From positions 1 through 64,000 of the forward strand of contig NMRA01000894.1 of the NCBI GenBank assembly GCA_002633005.1: 64,000 nucleotides of DNA, given 5' to 3'. Each line of letters opens with the position of its first letter. Within the stretch, counting starts at the first letter, position 1. The notes under the pieces were generated by a model. That model made no database searches. It saw only the letters and a program-made list of their open reading frames with translations, and was not told the origin of the DNA. The DNA is from Phoronis australis (lineage: Eukaryota > Animalia > Phoronida). The translations under genes were made by a program, and so were the position numbers. Shown here in pieces: positions 1 to 11,966 of the stretch.

Positions 1-266
1 AGTTATGAGGTCGTTGTAGAGGGAGAGGGGTGTTCTAACGTGTTTTTGGGTTCACCATTTCAAATAATGTTCTGGATACTCATAATGTACATAGCATATC
101 TTTTGATAATGGTTCATCTTCCTGGCATAAGTGAGAATTCTTTTATATTTTTATATATATATATATACATACATGCATGCATGCATATACAGATATATAT
201 ATCGTTACAATGATTAAAGTTGGGAGAAAAATCAAAAAGTGTATCATTCCTCTGCTGTGTTTGCAG

Positions 267-517
267 AATACAAGACGTCCAATTACTTGGAGACAAATCT
301 GCGTTCCCTCGACGACTCGGCTACACCCGACTTCACTTCATACCCTAAGGCCAGGACAGATTCGCAACAGTCCCCTGATTGGCTGACCTGTGTGTCCAAG
401 AAAACCGGCCTACCTCGGCTTTTGCTCAGCTTTACTCTGCTGCTGTCAGCTATTGTCATGATTTGGCTGTGTCTGTCATCAGCAGCTACCGCACCTGACC
501 ACAATGTGGCGCCGCAG
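267..517 (+). CDS. TMEM59: TMEM59 family protein, penultimate coding exon (transmembrane helix)
   Basis: ttgcag acceptor at 261-266 and CAG|gta donor at 517. Encodes ...DWLTCVSKKTGLPRLLLSFTLLLSAIVMIWLCLSSAATAPDHNVAPQ, resembling the TMEM59 juxtamembrane and TM region. Phase 0 join to exon 2340-2471. Confidence 0.88.
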
Positions 518-540
518 GTACTGTTATCTGTGTGGGTATA

Positions 541-671
541 CCTTACTCGTCCAGGTGATCGCCCAGGTGCTTAAACTGGGATTCTAAAAAATTGGGGGTT
601 GGCTGTAAGCCGAGCATGGGCAGTTAAAATCCAAATTTTTAAAAAGTGGGAAGTGGGTGCTTACTGCTCGG
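541..671. mobile_element. Degenerate Tc2/pogo-type MITE, related to 30798-30956
   Basis: TA-flanked, ends in CGG-TA. Carries decayed versions of the AAAAATTGGGGG, CCGAGCATGGGC and GTGGGTGCTTA blocks seen in the 30.8 and 34.4 kb copies. Confidence 0.45.
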
Positions 672-814
672 TAGATTGATCTTATCCTCACGAAGTTACA
701 CTGACGCCGGATATATCAGTTAAAATATACGTTAACAGATTGATGTAGCGGACTTCGACGGCCTGAAATGTACACGTTACAATGGCAGTGTGATCCTGAG
801 CATGATTGGGTTTT

Positions 815-984
815 TGCGTACCTTGATCGTTGCTTGTCATCTCAACTAAAGTATTCCTACAGCGAGGCATGCGTACCTTGATCGTTGCTTGTCATCTCAA
901 CTTAAGTATTCCTACAGCGAGGCATGCGTACCTTGATCGTTGCTTGTCATCTCAACTAAAGTATTCCTACAGCGAGGCATGCGT
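815..984. repeat. Tandem repeat, 55-bp unit x3
   Basis: Unit TGCGTACCTTGATCGTTGCTTGTCATCTCAACTAAAGTATTCCTACAGCGAGGCA starts at 815, 870 and 925. Confidence 0.95.
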
Positions 985-1810
985 CATGCGTTCAGTAGGG
1001 CAAGAAAAGTGTGATCACGCAAGCCTCCGCTAGTTTGCTGTGTACTTTTAAGGAAAGCAGGTGATCCTAACGAGTCATTTCAAACGTCCCAGAATTGGAT
1101 GCATGTACAAAACATGTACTCAACAACAGGACATCATGTAAAAAGTCTTCAGGCAAATCAAGAGTTTAAAAACAAACATGTTTTTGACCACTTGAATGGA
1201 GACAGAATATTCAACTTGCACTTAATGATAAGTCAATGTTTTGCGCTGCTGCTTTTGGTTGGGTGCTTCCATTTTGGTGTCAGGAGTGAAAGTCATTAAA
1301 AACATGCGTTTAACCGAGACAGGGAACAGCGAGACAAGTTGCTTGTCATGATGATTTGTGTCTGCTTGTATTCAAAACAATGCGACAGTTTCGCCTTTTA
1401 CTCTGCCATAGGTTTGTACAGTGACTGTAGACGTGACTGAGTACCATTTGTTGGCGAATTGTTGAAGTGCGACATTGAGCCTGATGTATATTTTACTGCC
1501 ATTATAAGTCAAGGTTGCGGTTCCGCTAAAACTGACTGATTGTCACTGTAGCGAGTTGTGCATGTTTTGGAATCTTAGTACACTTTTAAGGAAGTCTCAA
1601 TGATGAAAAACCCATGAGAAACTAATTCTTTGGTAAAGTTTACTCCAATTTAAACAACTGTCAAAATTGTGTCTTTCAAAATGCTCAGTACATTGTGAAA
1701 AATGCTAAAAATCATAATGTGTTTCTGGTGACAACTGCACAATATAAACTCTTCTATTCGCTTTATATTGAAAATTTTTGCTGAAAATAAAATGTTACTG
1801 TTCTGCCATC

Positions 1811-2296
1811 CTGGGTATAGGCATACTGGGTATAGGCATACTGGGTATAGGCATCCTGGGTATAGGCATACTGGGTATAGGCATACTGGGTATAGGCATA
1901 CTGGGTATAGGCATACTGGGTATAGGCATACTGGGTATAGGCATACTGGGTATAGGCATACTGGGTATAGGCATACTGGGTATAGGCATACTGGGTATAG
2001 GCATACTGGGTATAGGCATACTGGGTATAGGCATACTGGGTATAGGCATACTGGGTATAGGCATACTGGGTATAGGCATACTGGGTATAGGCATACTGGG
2101 TATAGGCATACTGGGTATAGGCATACTGGGTATAGGCATACTGGGTATAGGCATACTGGGTATAGGCATACTGGGTATAGGCATACTGGGTATAGGCATA
2201 CTGGGTATAGGCATACTGGGTATAGGCATACTGGGTATAGGCATACTGGGTATAGGCATACTGGGTATAGGCATACTGCGTATAGGCATACTGGGT
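1811..2296. repeat. Intronic minisatellite (CTGGGTATAGGCATA) x~32
   Basis: Near-perfect 15-bp unit ending about 43 bp before the TMEM59 last-exon acceptor. Explains the spurious repetitive ORFs at 1768-2346. Confidence 0.98.
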
Positions 2297-2339
2297 GTCA
2301 AGTGCCTTGTGTGATCACACAATATTTTTCACTCTTCAG

Positions 2340-2471
2340 AAACTGAGTCTCTACGGTGACATGGATGTCTTACGATACTTGAAGAACGAGGGACTGCAAC
2401 ACTGTCATCCACAAGATGGCGCTGTGAACTACGGTCCATTACCAGTCAAGATAGCTGTAGAGAAGGTGTAG
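2340..2471 (+). CDS. TMEM59: TMEM59 family protein, last coding exon (cytoplasmic tail)
   Basis: ttcag acceptor ending at 2339. Encodes KLSLYGDMDVLRYLKNEGLQHCHPQDGAVNYGPLPVKIAVEKV*, matching the TMEM59 tail motifs KLSIYGD and GPLPxK. TAG at 2469-2471; candidate AATAAA at 3557 and 4238. Confidence 0.9.
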   Translation, partial: KLSLYGDMDVLRYLKNEGLQHCHPQDGAVNYGPLPVKIAVEKV

Positions 2472-4416
2472 ACTAACTGTTGCATGGCAACCTTATGGGG
2501 ATTTATGGGTACGGGTTGGAACTCTGGGAAGACAACTGGGTTGTAATTTTAGTTTTTAAGGTAATAATATTAGCTAAGTATTTGAAAATCAGCTATGCTT
2601 TGAAAACTGAAATTTAAAGACATGAGTCTTTGTAGGCTGTCTGGTGAACTGTTTGAGACGAGTTAAAAAAATTAGAGGAATGTCCGTTTAGATGAATGTA
2701 ATTGTTTTTTGGACAAAAATGCATTTTTGGTATTGGTGGGTGGGATAGCCTTCTTGAATTTATTAGCCTTCACCAGAGCTATAGAAGAACAAGATACATT
2801 GTCTTGTTATCATTTTATTACAAGATGCCAATTTTCACTGTTGTCTGCCAGCCATTTACTGAACTTGAGGCCGGTGACTTTACCAGTTAAATATGTTTAA
2901 AGTACTCTGGTATTTTTGACTTTGGCTTCACCAGCAAAGTTTTGGATTGCAACTATCTAGGTTGAGGATTCACTTCTGTGTTGGGACTGCTTTTGGAAAG
3001 GCACCTTTCTACCCAATAATGTAACAACACGTTTGATGAACTAAGTTTTTTTTGCAAAGCTGTGCCTTATGTATTGTTACTTTTGTTCTTCTTAACACTT
3101 GGTTAGTTTGCAGACTTTATTGGTTGACGGATTCACTGTCTCTGTCTGTGTAATAACGACACAATTCAAATGTTGCTGTCGTATTTTGGAGCAAGATTGT
3201 CCTGACACACAAGTTAATGATGTAGTCTGCTATGTTTTGGGTAGCCAAGTGTTTCAACTTGAAAACTGTCCTACTCTTTCTTTTGGTCACAAGTTTTCAG
3301 TAGATTGGCAAGTTTCATTAACGGTGATACTATGTACACTGTTTAGAATCCATGTCTTGCCCACTATGGACTGTCAGGCAATAACGACGTGGGTAATGGT
3401 TGGAAGTAATATATCTGCTCACTGAATAGGGTCCATGTCAAAAGGTTTGAAGGCTCACCGTCTTGTGGTAGAGAATTCACTTGCTTTTTTGTATGTTTTT
3501 AAACATACTTTGTTTTTTAAATTTTACCAAGGAAGCAACATTGATTACGATCAGTGAATAAAAGTGCAAAGAAATGTAGTTGTTGGGACTTATGTTCAAA
3601 TTTGTTTGAAAATACTTCATCAAATGTTCCCACAGGACTGGAAATTGTGCCACCTTCAGATAAAATGTGGAAATATCATCAACAGAAACTACATGAATAT
3701 ACCACGAAGCTAGAGGGGATAAAAATGTTTTTTAGTTTACTCACTAGAGGGCATTGGAGTATCAATAGTTTATTTGTCTTAGGGTTGTGCTATTTTGTGG
3801 AATTTGTCCTCATCACAATAAAAATGCCCTCAATTTTGAACACCAGTATGACTATAGTGAGCTCATGTCCACCACAGTATTACTATGGAGTATTACTTTA
3901 GAGAACAGGTGATAAAGCCTTCATACTTCATGTTGTAAGTGACCATCTCAAACTTGGATCAAAACTTTAAGCATTCACCATTGTGTGAAATGTGATATGA
4001 AAAGGTAATAGTTGTTTGTATTAGCTGAACAGCGCTCAATACGCCTTTAAATGTTGGCTAACATGTTGCTTGTGTAAAGTGGTACAGACTTAGTTGTAAC
4101 TGCCACCATAGATTATAGTCTATGCTGTCACTCAGACTGGTGTGTCTACTTTCTTTATCTCGTTACATTGACCGTCGTTATTTATCAGTTTAAGTATGTC
4201 TCTTAAAAACTGGGATCTTGGTAATCTGTTTCTGGATAATAAACAAGTATGCACATTGTTAAGTATGGTTATTTATATGAGTAGTAACCCCACTCGTCTG
4301 GTGGTACACAACGTTGGTTCACTCTGTGGTTTGGCGCCTGTTTCACTAGAACTCATAACGTTACGATGTACAGAGTCTAAACTTTGTAAAATAACGTCAT
4401 TTTAGTGGAACGGGCC

Positions 4417-4570
4417 CTTGATCTCTCCACTCCTATTTGGAAGACACAATAACGCAGTAGAACACGTCTTGATCTCTCTACTCCTATTTGGAAGACCCAA
4501 TAACGCAGTAGAACACGTCTTGATCTCTCTACTCCTATTTGTAAGACCCAATAACGCAGTAGAACACGTC
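4417..4570. repeat. Tandem repeat, 51-bp unit x3
   Basis: Unit CTTGATCTCTCTACTCCTATTTGGAAGACCCAATAACGCAGTAGAACACGT starts at 4417, 4468 and 4519. Confidence 0.95.
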
Positions 4571-5324
4571 AGTGTTTTTCACAAACATGTATGTATATTT
4601 GCGATACTCCATTCAAAGGTGTACAAGCGGTTACAGAGTCCAAGGGGTACACTGATGGTCGGTTGCATGAAACTGTCCCAAATAAGGACTCGTTTTATTT
4701 CCCTAAGTCTTTTGCGTATTTATTTTGTTCTGCACTCACAGATGTAACATTTTTTCTATTATTTTTTCTTTATTAAGATCTCCTCTTTAATTAAATGACA
4801 GTTCTAACAATATAGCTAAAAACTGAGCCCTTAATACAATCAAAATAATTAGGGACTTAGTCCTTAAGTTAGGGGGGTTGCGTGGAAAGATCCCAACTTA
4901 TTTTCAATAATATTGAGAATTTAATGTACAATTCACCCTCTATTTGTAGACGTCTGTCAGTTTTTCTTAAGGAGACTGGCAGACTTGAAAACTTTCTTCA
5001 CGAGGAGCCATAATTGGGGTCTCGTGCCTTTACTCAGGTGTTTTGTGCAATGGGCCCAACCACGAGGCCTGCGCACGTCTGATGCACCGCAAATGACATC
5101 AGACCACCTGCACTGTTTTTTCTATTTGTATCAAAGACCAAAACTGACTTAGTACTGAGACTCAAACAGCATAAGAAAAGACAATTGGTGTTTTCACAAG
5201 CCCACAAGTACGCAGAAGATTTAGGGAACTTAATTGGGACTATTTCATGCAACGGGGCACGAGTCCTTTCAATTCACACGTGATTGAAACCATTGTAATG
5301 CATGTCTTGTTCGAATGATAACTG

Positions 5325-5496
5325 GCGTGCGTTCAGTAGACGCTAGGACCTAGGACCAATGTATATTACTCCCAGCTAGGACCTAGCTAAATCTAGTCAA
5401 AGTCACGTGTTCTCATTTAAAATGCATGACAATATCTCACGTAATCTCGCGAAGTCTTGCTTTTTGAGCGAGGTCTTAGCGTTACTGAACGGGAGC
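5325..5496. mobile_element. PIF/Harbinger-like MITE
   Basis: Imperfect ~26-bp TIRs (GCGTGCGTTCAGTAGACGCTAGGACCT / AGGTCTTAGCGTTACTGAACGGGAGC) flanked by a 3-bp CTG duplication. Confidence 0.6.
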
Positions 5497-7775
5497 CTGG
5501 TAAGTCACCACTGGCGATACACCTCCTCTGACCCGGGGTTATTTCAAACTTAAGGGGTTGCTCCTGCTGCGACTAACAATTTCCACTTGCTAGAAGACTA
5601 CCTTTCCAAATGTCTAAATAACCCAGGAGTCTGCTTACCAGGTAAACTGAAACAATAAAACACATGTCTGTATAAAAGGACAATGATATTCCCATTGAAA
5701 GGTTTTCATTGACATGTCGGAACATGTAATGATTGCAATACTTGAATAAGTAGACGTAATCAACGCTGTTCTAATCGATCCAATGTCGGGTTTTCATTTG
5801 TTGATAAATGGTGAGGCGTATTTTGATAACCTCAATCTTATTTTGACTTATCCACGCACTGGTGGCTATCAAAAGATAACTACACCCACACTCCGTGTCC
5901 TATCGTAGATGTCGGTCGCTTCCTCGTTACTAACTTACGTAATAAATATCCAATGTCTGTGATAAAGCGGAGAATATTTGTCTCGCTAAATTACACTAGT
6001 TTCATGAGACCGATTTCAATCCTAAAGAGGTATAATTCAATTTTCGTTTTTGGAAGTTCAATAGGGCAAAATGCAAAAGAGAGTTGTGATATATTTTTGT
6101 TCCAGTTTTATAATTTAACGTCTTGCCCAACATACGTTTACACTACGCTATACCCCCCACAGTGCCGCGCCGCCCATGTTTTATCGTTGGAAAAAAGATA
6201 TGTGTAGACCTACTCCAGTTCATAAAGATGTTTCAAGAATGCTTGCTTAGAATGTGTTCATTTGTTCATCCAGTTTCCTGGAAATTAGAAACTAAAACGA
6301 GAGACTCACTTACTTTTTTGAGTGGTTTAGTATTCTCTTCTGTTGCATATCATTCAGGGGAAGTTAAACAAGCGACAGCCATGTGTCATTATTGTCTCGA
6401 ACTCACTGGAATAGTTCTTCTTAACTGTGAAATCCAGTAAGTCACGAGACAGGCGACCTGATTTTTTGTAACTTCGATGTGTCAAGCATTGCTTGTTACT
6501 CACTGAATTATGTAAAAGTTTAAATTTAAATCTCTTTATCTTCTATTCACCATAGTGCAATTTAAATTGATAAATTGGTATTTCGTTTGAAATGTAAATA
6601 GTTCACTCGTCCTTCCGATTACATTTTTGGGGGGCCTGACCTTAGGTATGCGTGAGGTATCGCTCCTTTGTTCCATCGCTAAAAACGTCAACCAGCATCG
6701 TCTCTTTTCCTCCAAAGTTTGCTGTTAACGACAGTTTTTGCTTGAGGATTACAATCGTCAAGCCCGGGTGGACCTCCTGTGGCCTGGCCCACTGAGCGCT
6801 CTTGACGCAAACACAGGAGGTATACATGCTAAAGGATAACGAATTCATGATTTTATCACGTGGAGAAACTCATACATAATATTTGAGACCTCCATTGGGG
6901 TTTAGCTAATCATAATTGAGGAACAATAGCAATACATCGTTTTTATGATGTGCAAAACATTTGCATTTTGAAAAAAATACCAAACTTTATAATTTCACTG
7001 CAACAGACATTATCGTGGGTTAAATCACTAAGTTGGACCTTATACGGACAGGTGTTCTCTAGTGTTCGAAACTGATCGATTACCATGGTTGTGGGCCAAA
7101 TCAATACAAGAAAATAAATAAGCGCTTTAGCGAACGATGTCGCATTTATAACATTATATACACAGTTAGAAAGTAAATAATAATTTATTGAGATAATGAA
7201 ACTCTGCCCAGAAATCTCTAAAAGTGTTATATCCGCCATAAACGTTGTATTAACATACAACAATGTTTTATTAACACGCAATAATGATTGTGATTTCTAA
7301 ACCGTTAACAAGACACAAATATTGACGAATATTAGTTAAGACACAGCTGTATATAGAACGGAACTGGTAGACCTCTTCGCATACAATACACCGGATCGAA
7401 ACAATTAATAATTATTTTCAACGCTAATCTTACACGAATCATTGACAATAAGATTGTATTTATCTAACAAACTGATCAACAGTAAGAATATGTATGAATG
7501 GACAAGTGCGACTGTATCCTGCATCAGATCGATGTCCCTTTGTCGGCTAATAGTAACCACCCGCACATATTACAAAACGACTTCCATTTACAAGCCCGTT
7601 TTGGTTCACTTGGCAAACGCCTGTTGCATGCGTGTAATTTTCTTTACACTAAGAGCGACCCATGACTCAACAGAACAGTCACGAAGTTTTGCTCTATATC
7701 AATTATGTAAAAAATTAATTGGAGGTACAGGATACTCCGTAAATCACACATCGATCGCATTTCAGTGGAAATCGG

Positions 7776-7916
7776 AAAAAATACTACGGTATACGTGCAT
7801 GATGAAAATACCACGGTATACGTGCATGATGAAAATACTACGGTATACGTGCATGATGAAAATACTACGGTATACGTGCATGATGAAAATACTACGGTAT
7901 ACGTGCATAATGAAAA
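7776..7916. repeat. Tandem repeat, 27-bp unit x5
   Basis: GAAAATACTACGGTATACGTGCATGAT repeated five times. Confidence 0.95.
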
Positions 7917-10224
7917 TGGGCGTAATAAAGACAAGAAGCAGATTGTATCATTAATATTTTCCTTTCATATTCGTTACTTGTCTAGTACAACACTCGCGAA
8001 AGAAGCTCACGAGTATTCGCGAAATATCGCGGAAGCATGTGGTCACGCTAACTTCCAAGTTACTCGCGAGAGTCTTGCATCTTCGGCATTCAATTGGCCA
8101 GTGCAAGTCCCGTGGGCGTGCCACGCTCCTTCGTGTCACAGTCACTCGTGCCTTTGACGTCCCGGTGTTAGTCATCAGCTCTTGCAACGAATCCTACTCG
8201 TCACTGAGACTTTACTAGAACTACCCGAGTCTCGCTCGCCCAAGAGAACCCTACTCGGCTGACTACGGCCTAGCCAGAACCATACTGAGTTATCATTTGA
8301 AATAAGTTGCATTTCCTAGTTCTGATAATTTCGACGACAGTAAAAATTAGTGTGAAACGGTAGACGAAAAAACTCAATGGTTAACTGCACTCCGTACAAA
8401 CTATGTTTCATAAAATGGCCGACTTATGCGTAGTCGTAAAGGGAGAGCGCTCACGCAACAGAGAATTCATTCTGCTGCCGTTTACTCTGGTAGAGAGACG
8501 TGTATTCACTAATTTAGTCGAGTATCATTTTCCTACAGTCGATCCTTTCAGGACATTAGTCCCGCACTGGGGATTTTGCTTGCAACATATAGGCCTATTT
8601 CGTATCAATCCGGTCCTGACCACGCGAAAACATTAAAAAAGAACATGTTTTAACACCGGGAACTGAAAAATAAGGAAAAGAAGTCCAGTGACAGTAATTA
8701 TGAAGCCCAGTTGGGCTCAGTTTTCATTGGCTGTAAGTTTCCTGTCATGTGTAGCTCTTCTGTGATTGGCTCATCCTTTCCTGACACTGTGACCTGGCAC
8801 GGGGATTCCCTTGATCGTCGTATGATTGGAATACGCCAGCGAATCAGATCGGAGAGACGACTTTAAATGGCCAATAGGCCTAAGCGATCCCCTTAACTTT
8901 ATGGAAGACACGTGAAAAGGTAAATATGATTAACAGGGATTGCGCCCTATCTTTAGTTACCACTTCTTTTACGCTTTCCTTTCCTTGGTTGATTTACATG
9001 TATCGTTACAGAATCGAGTAACTTCTAAAAACAGAGATTGCACGCATGTAAAAACTTGAGAGTCCTGCACTTGCTAGAACGCGGAAAGCCAGCAGGAACT
9101 CAATTCTCACTTCAACCTTATTTTCAAGCGACAGTCTAACATGGAATAGCTTGAGGTACAATAGGACTTTGGCCGCATACAGTTGCCGGCCTACATAGTA
9201 TTGTTAAGAAAGAAAGGTTAACTTATATTAGAACGGTTGCAAGGCCCGGTGGCCTATCACGTGATACTTCTTCAGTGAACGGTTCGCATCGGTTGGTTTT
9301 CAAATAAAACCACTAAACCAGCCTGAGTACGGCAGTAATATTATCGAAAGCGAAATTCAACACCCGCAAAAACATACGATCCGTGTATCCGATAACACAA
9401 CGTTATCACAAACGTAAAGTCAGTACAGAACCGCACTGTACATGACCCATGCATGGATATCCATGTGTTTATTACTAAGTTTTACTCCTCAGGTTCTCAT
9501 ATGCCGGAGAATTCATCTTCATCATGAAAGAAAGACCGTGTGATCGCAGGTTGAAGACACAGTTAATGCTAACTTTTTGTGATGAACAAATTGACAAATG
9601 ACGTAATTGGCTTCAAATGAAACAATCGCAAGAAAGTTACCCTGCTGTGTTACGTTATGTAGACGAACGAATACTCAAGAAATTGTATTTAACACTCAGT
9701 AAAGGGCTACATTCTACTTACTCCGCATTTCTACATAATAGTATTCCCATAACAGTATTCACAAATAGTATTCACAAAATAGTATTCACATAATCTTTTA
9801 GCCAAACTACAAAAGACAACTTAATTTTCTTTTTTCATACACATTTAGACTATGTTATTATTTTATACACATTTAGCCTACGTTGTTAGTTTATACACAC
9901 TTAGACTACGTTGTTATTTCTTCATTTCATACACATTTAGACTAAGTTATCATTTCTTCAAATAAAGCAGACCTAAAAACCTAACTCTTGTGCGTATAGT
10001 CTATTTTAATGTTTACGCATTTGCTCTTTCAAGTTTTATGAAATGAGATGCCTTGCCTGGCCGTAATTAATGAGATATAGGTTCACATGCCAACGAGAAA
10101 TTCAAGAATTCATGCAAAATAAACTTTTTGAGGAGCGTTGTTTAAAGGGAGTTATTTTGCAAGGAGTTTCAACTGACCAGAAGTGGCGCCTTACATTAAA
10201 TTCTGTTCCGATTACAACAATGTG

Positions 10225-10330
10225 TCAGCGTTCAGCAGACACGAGATTCTCGTGAAAACGCAAGATCACGTAAGACTTCGCGAGACACTAGTTTCATTTA
10301 CGAGATTCTTGAGTCTAAGAAACGCAGACC
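10225..10330. mobile_element. Short MITE related to 5325-5496
   Basis: Imperfect inverted ends (GCGTTCAGCAGACACGAGATTCTCGT / ACGAGATTCTTGAGTCTAAGAAACGC). Internal GACTTCGCGAGA is the reverse complement of TCTCGCGAAGTC near 5445. Confidence 0.5.
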
Positions 10331-10857
10331 TATTTTGAAGGGCACGGGTCGTTAAACGTGCTCCAATTGCTTGTATATTTACTAATTTATAGGACACAAT
10401 ATCAATCAAAATATGAAGATGATCTCACTTGAGAACGATATGTAAATTACAGTCCTACAAGAATATAACTTTTTAAAATTAATATACAAAAACTAATATT
10501 TTGTTCACAGGTGTTTGTGGTGTACAACATTAGAGATTCAAATTTTGAACTTTTGAAATGAGGGTAGTTCTAAAGTGCATCCTTTGGGAATAACTTTACA
10601 CTGGGATGCGTTCTGAAGAATCGTTTTACAAAATTTTTAATCAAAATGAGTGCAGAGAAGTTACGTTTAAATCGTCACAATGGTTCAATGTTTTAAAACA
10701 ACCAGCGCTAACGAATACTAAAACGGCAGTGAAAAGTATCCCACTGTCAGTACCAGCGAATTACCTATTCAAGCCTCACATAAACCTTGCAGTAAAGGAA
10801 CGCACAGCCTTTAAAACTTAAAATATTACGGTAGGTGAAAATGGTGGTGGTCGTGAG

Positions 10858-11046
10858 GGCGGATCCAGGATTTTGAGTTGGTGGGGNNNNNNNNNNNNNN
10901 NNNNNNNNNNNNNNNNNNNNNNNNNNNNNNNNNNNNNNNNNNNNNGGATTTTGCCCGTCAGACATTCGCACGCCTGAAGTGCTAAATGAAATATGAGAAT
11001 TTTTTAGGGGGGCATGGCCCCCTTGCCCCCCTTAAATCCCCCACTG
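10858..11046. mobile_element. hAT-type MITE spanning an assembly gap (Ns 10887-10945)
   Basis: 8-bp duplication GTCGTGAG at 10850-10857 and 11047-11054. Ends GGCGGATCCAGG...AAATCCCCCACTG; the left end lacks its first few bases. Confidence 0.7.
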
Positions 11047-11295
11047 GTCGTGAGAAGGGATGCGGTGTTGGGACTTGTAGCGGACATTGGGTGACGTTGT
11101 GTAGACCTGGGCTAGTCGAAAATCGTGGCGATAGCGGGTGCCGGGTGCCTAATTCCGTGACTATTCCCGCCCAATACCTTAGCGGGTACCGGGTGCCTAA
11201 TTCCGTGACTGTTCCCGCCCACAAGCCTTGTTCACACCCCTCCATACGCTTATTGCAAATTAATTAAATAACTAAACCAAGTTGGATACAACAAT

Positions 11296-11301
11296 TTTAT
11301 T
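11296..11301 (-). terminator. Candidate polyadenylation signal of the IL-17 gene
   Basis: AATAAA on the minus strand about 670 nt after the stop codon, closing an AU-rich UTR. Confidence 0.6.
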
Positions 11302-11637
11302 AAAAAACCAAAAAACGTTATAAAAACAGTGCACATCACACGTGGAATGTTTTGTCAATACTGCGTTAACAACAGATAACACTTGCCAGAAAGCTGGTCT
11401 TAAATTAGAGCTAGTCCTACTTTATAACAAGAACACCGTGCAGCAACTGAAGATACATTGATAAAATAATCTGGAATAAATACATGCATTCAAGGACAAC
11501 CAATATAAATACAAAACCAATATGGCTTACTTTTTGTAACTTACACAGTTATTACAGGCATTTCATAATGCGTGGTTGACAATTACATTAATTTAAATAA
11601 TAATATTACAACATAAATACAACAGTTTGGTCCAGAG

Positions 11638-11680
11638 TAAATAAATAAATAAATAAACGAATAAATAACAATAAATAAAC
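11638..11680 (-). promoter_or_regulatory. AU-rich element cluster in the IL-17 3' UTR
   Basis: Four overlapping AUUUA pentamers (11638-11654) plus further AUUUA at 11662 and 11672. Confidence 0.75.
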
Positions 11681-11966
11681 CAATAAACAAGTATAAACAA
11701 GTGTATAACAAAAAATGTTAAAAGCACTTATTGCCCTGTTTTTTGTATATGACAGTAGAAAACAATGGAAGTGTGATGATCAGCAGTGCAACGAAATGAT
11801 GACGTAGAAATCGTCTGACAAAATGTAAAACAAATAACTTACACGGATTCTCAAGTCGAAATGATTCACGTAATACATGAAATGCATGACATTTCTCGCA
11901 ACATTTACGAGCTAATTTTCTAGAAAACCGTTGGTGTAAATCGGCGGAGACGTGGTGTAAACGTAC

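Noticed and set aside
1768-2346. ORFs with GYRHT, ILGIG and MPIPS repeats
   Set aside because: Translations of a stop-free 15-bp intronic minisatellite, open in several frames on both strands.
6642-6848. GC-richer segment with a 68-aa minus-strand ORF
   Set aside because: No recognisable protein motif and no consistent exon partners.
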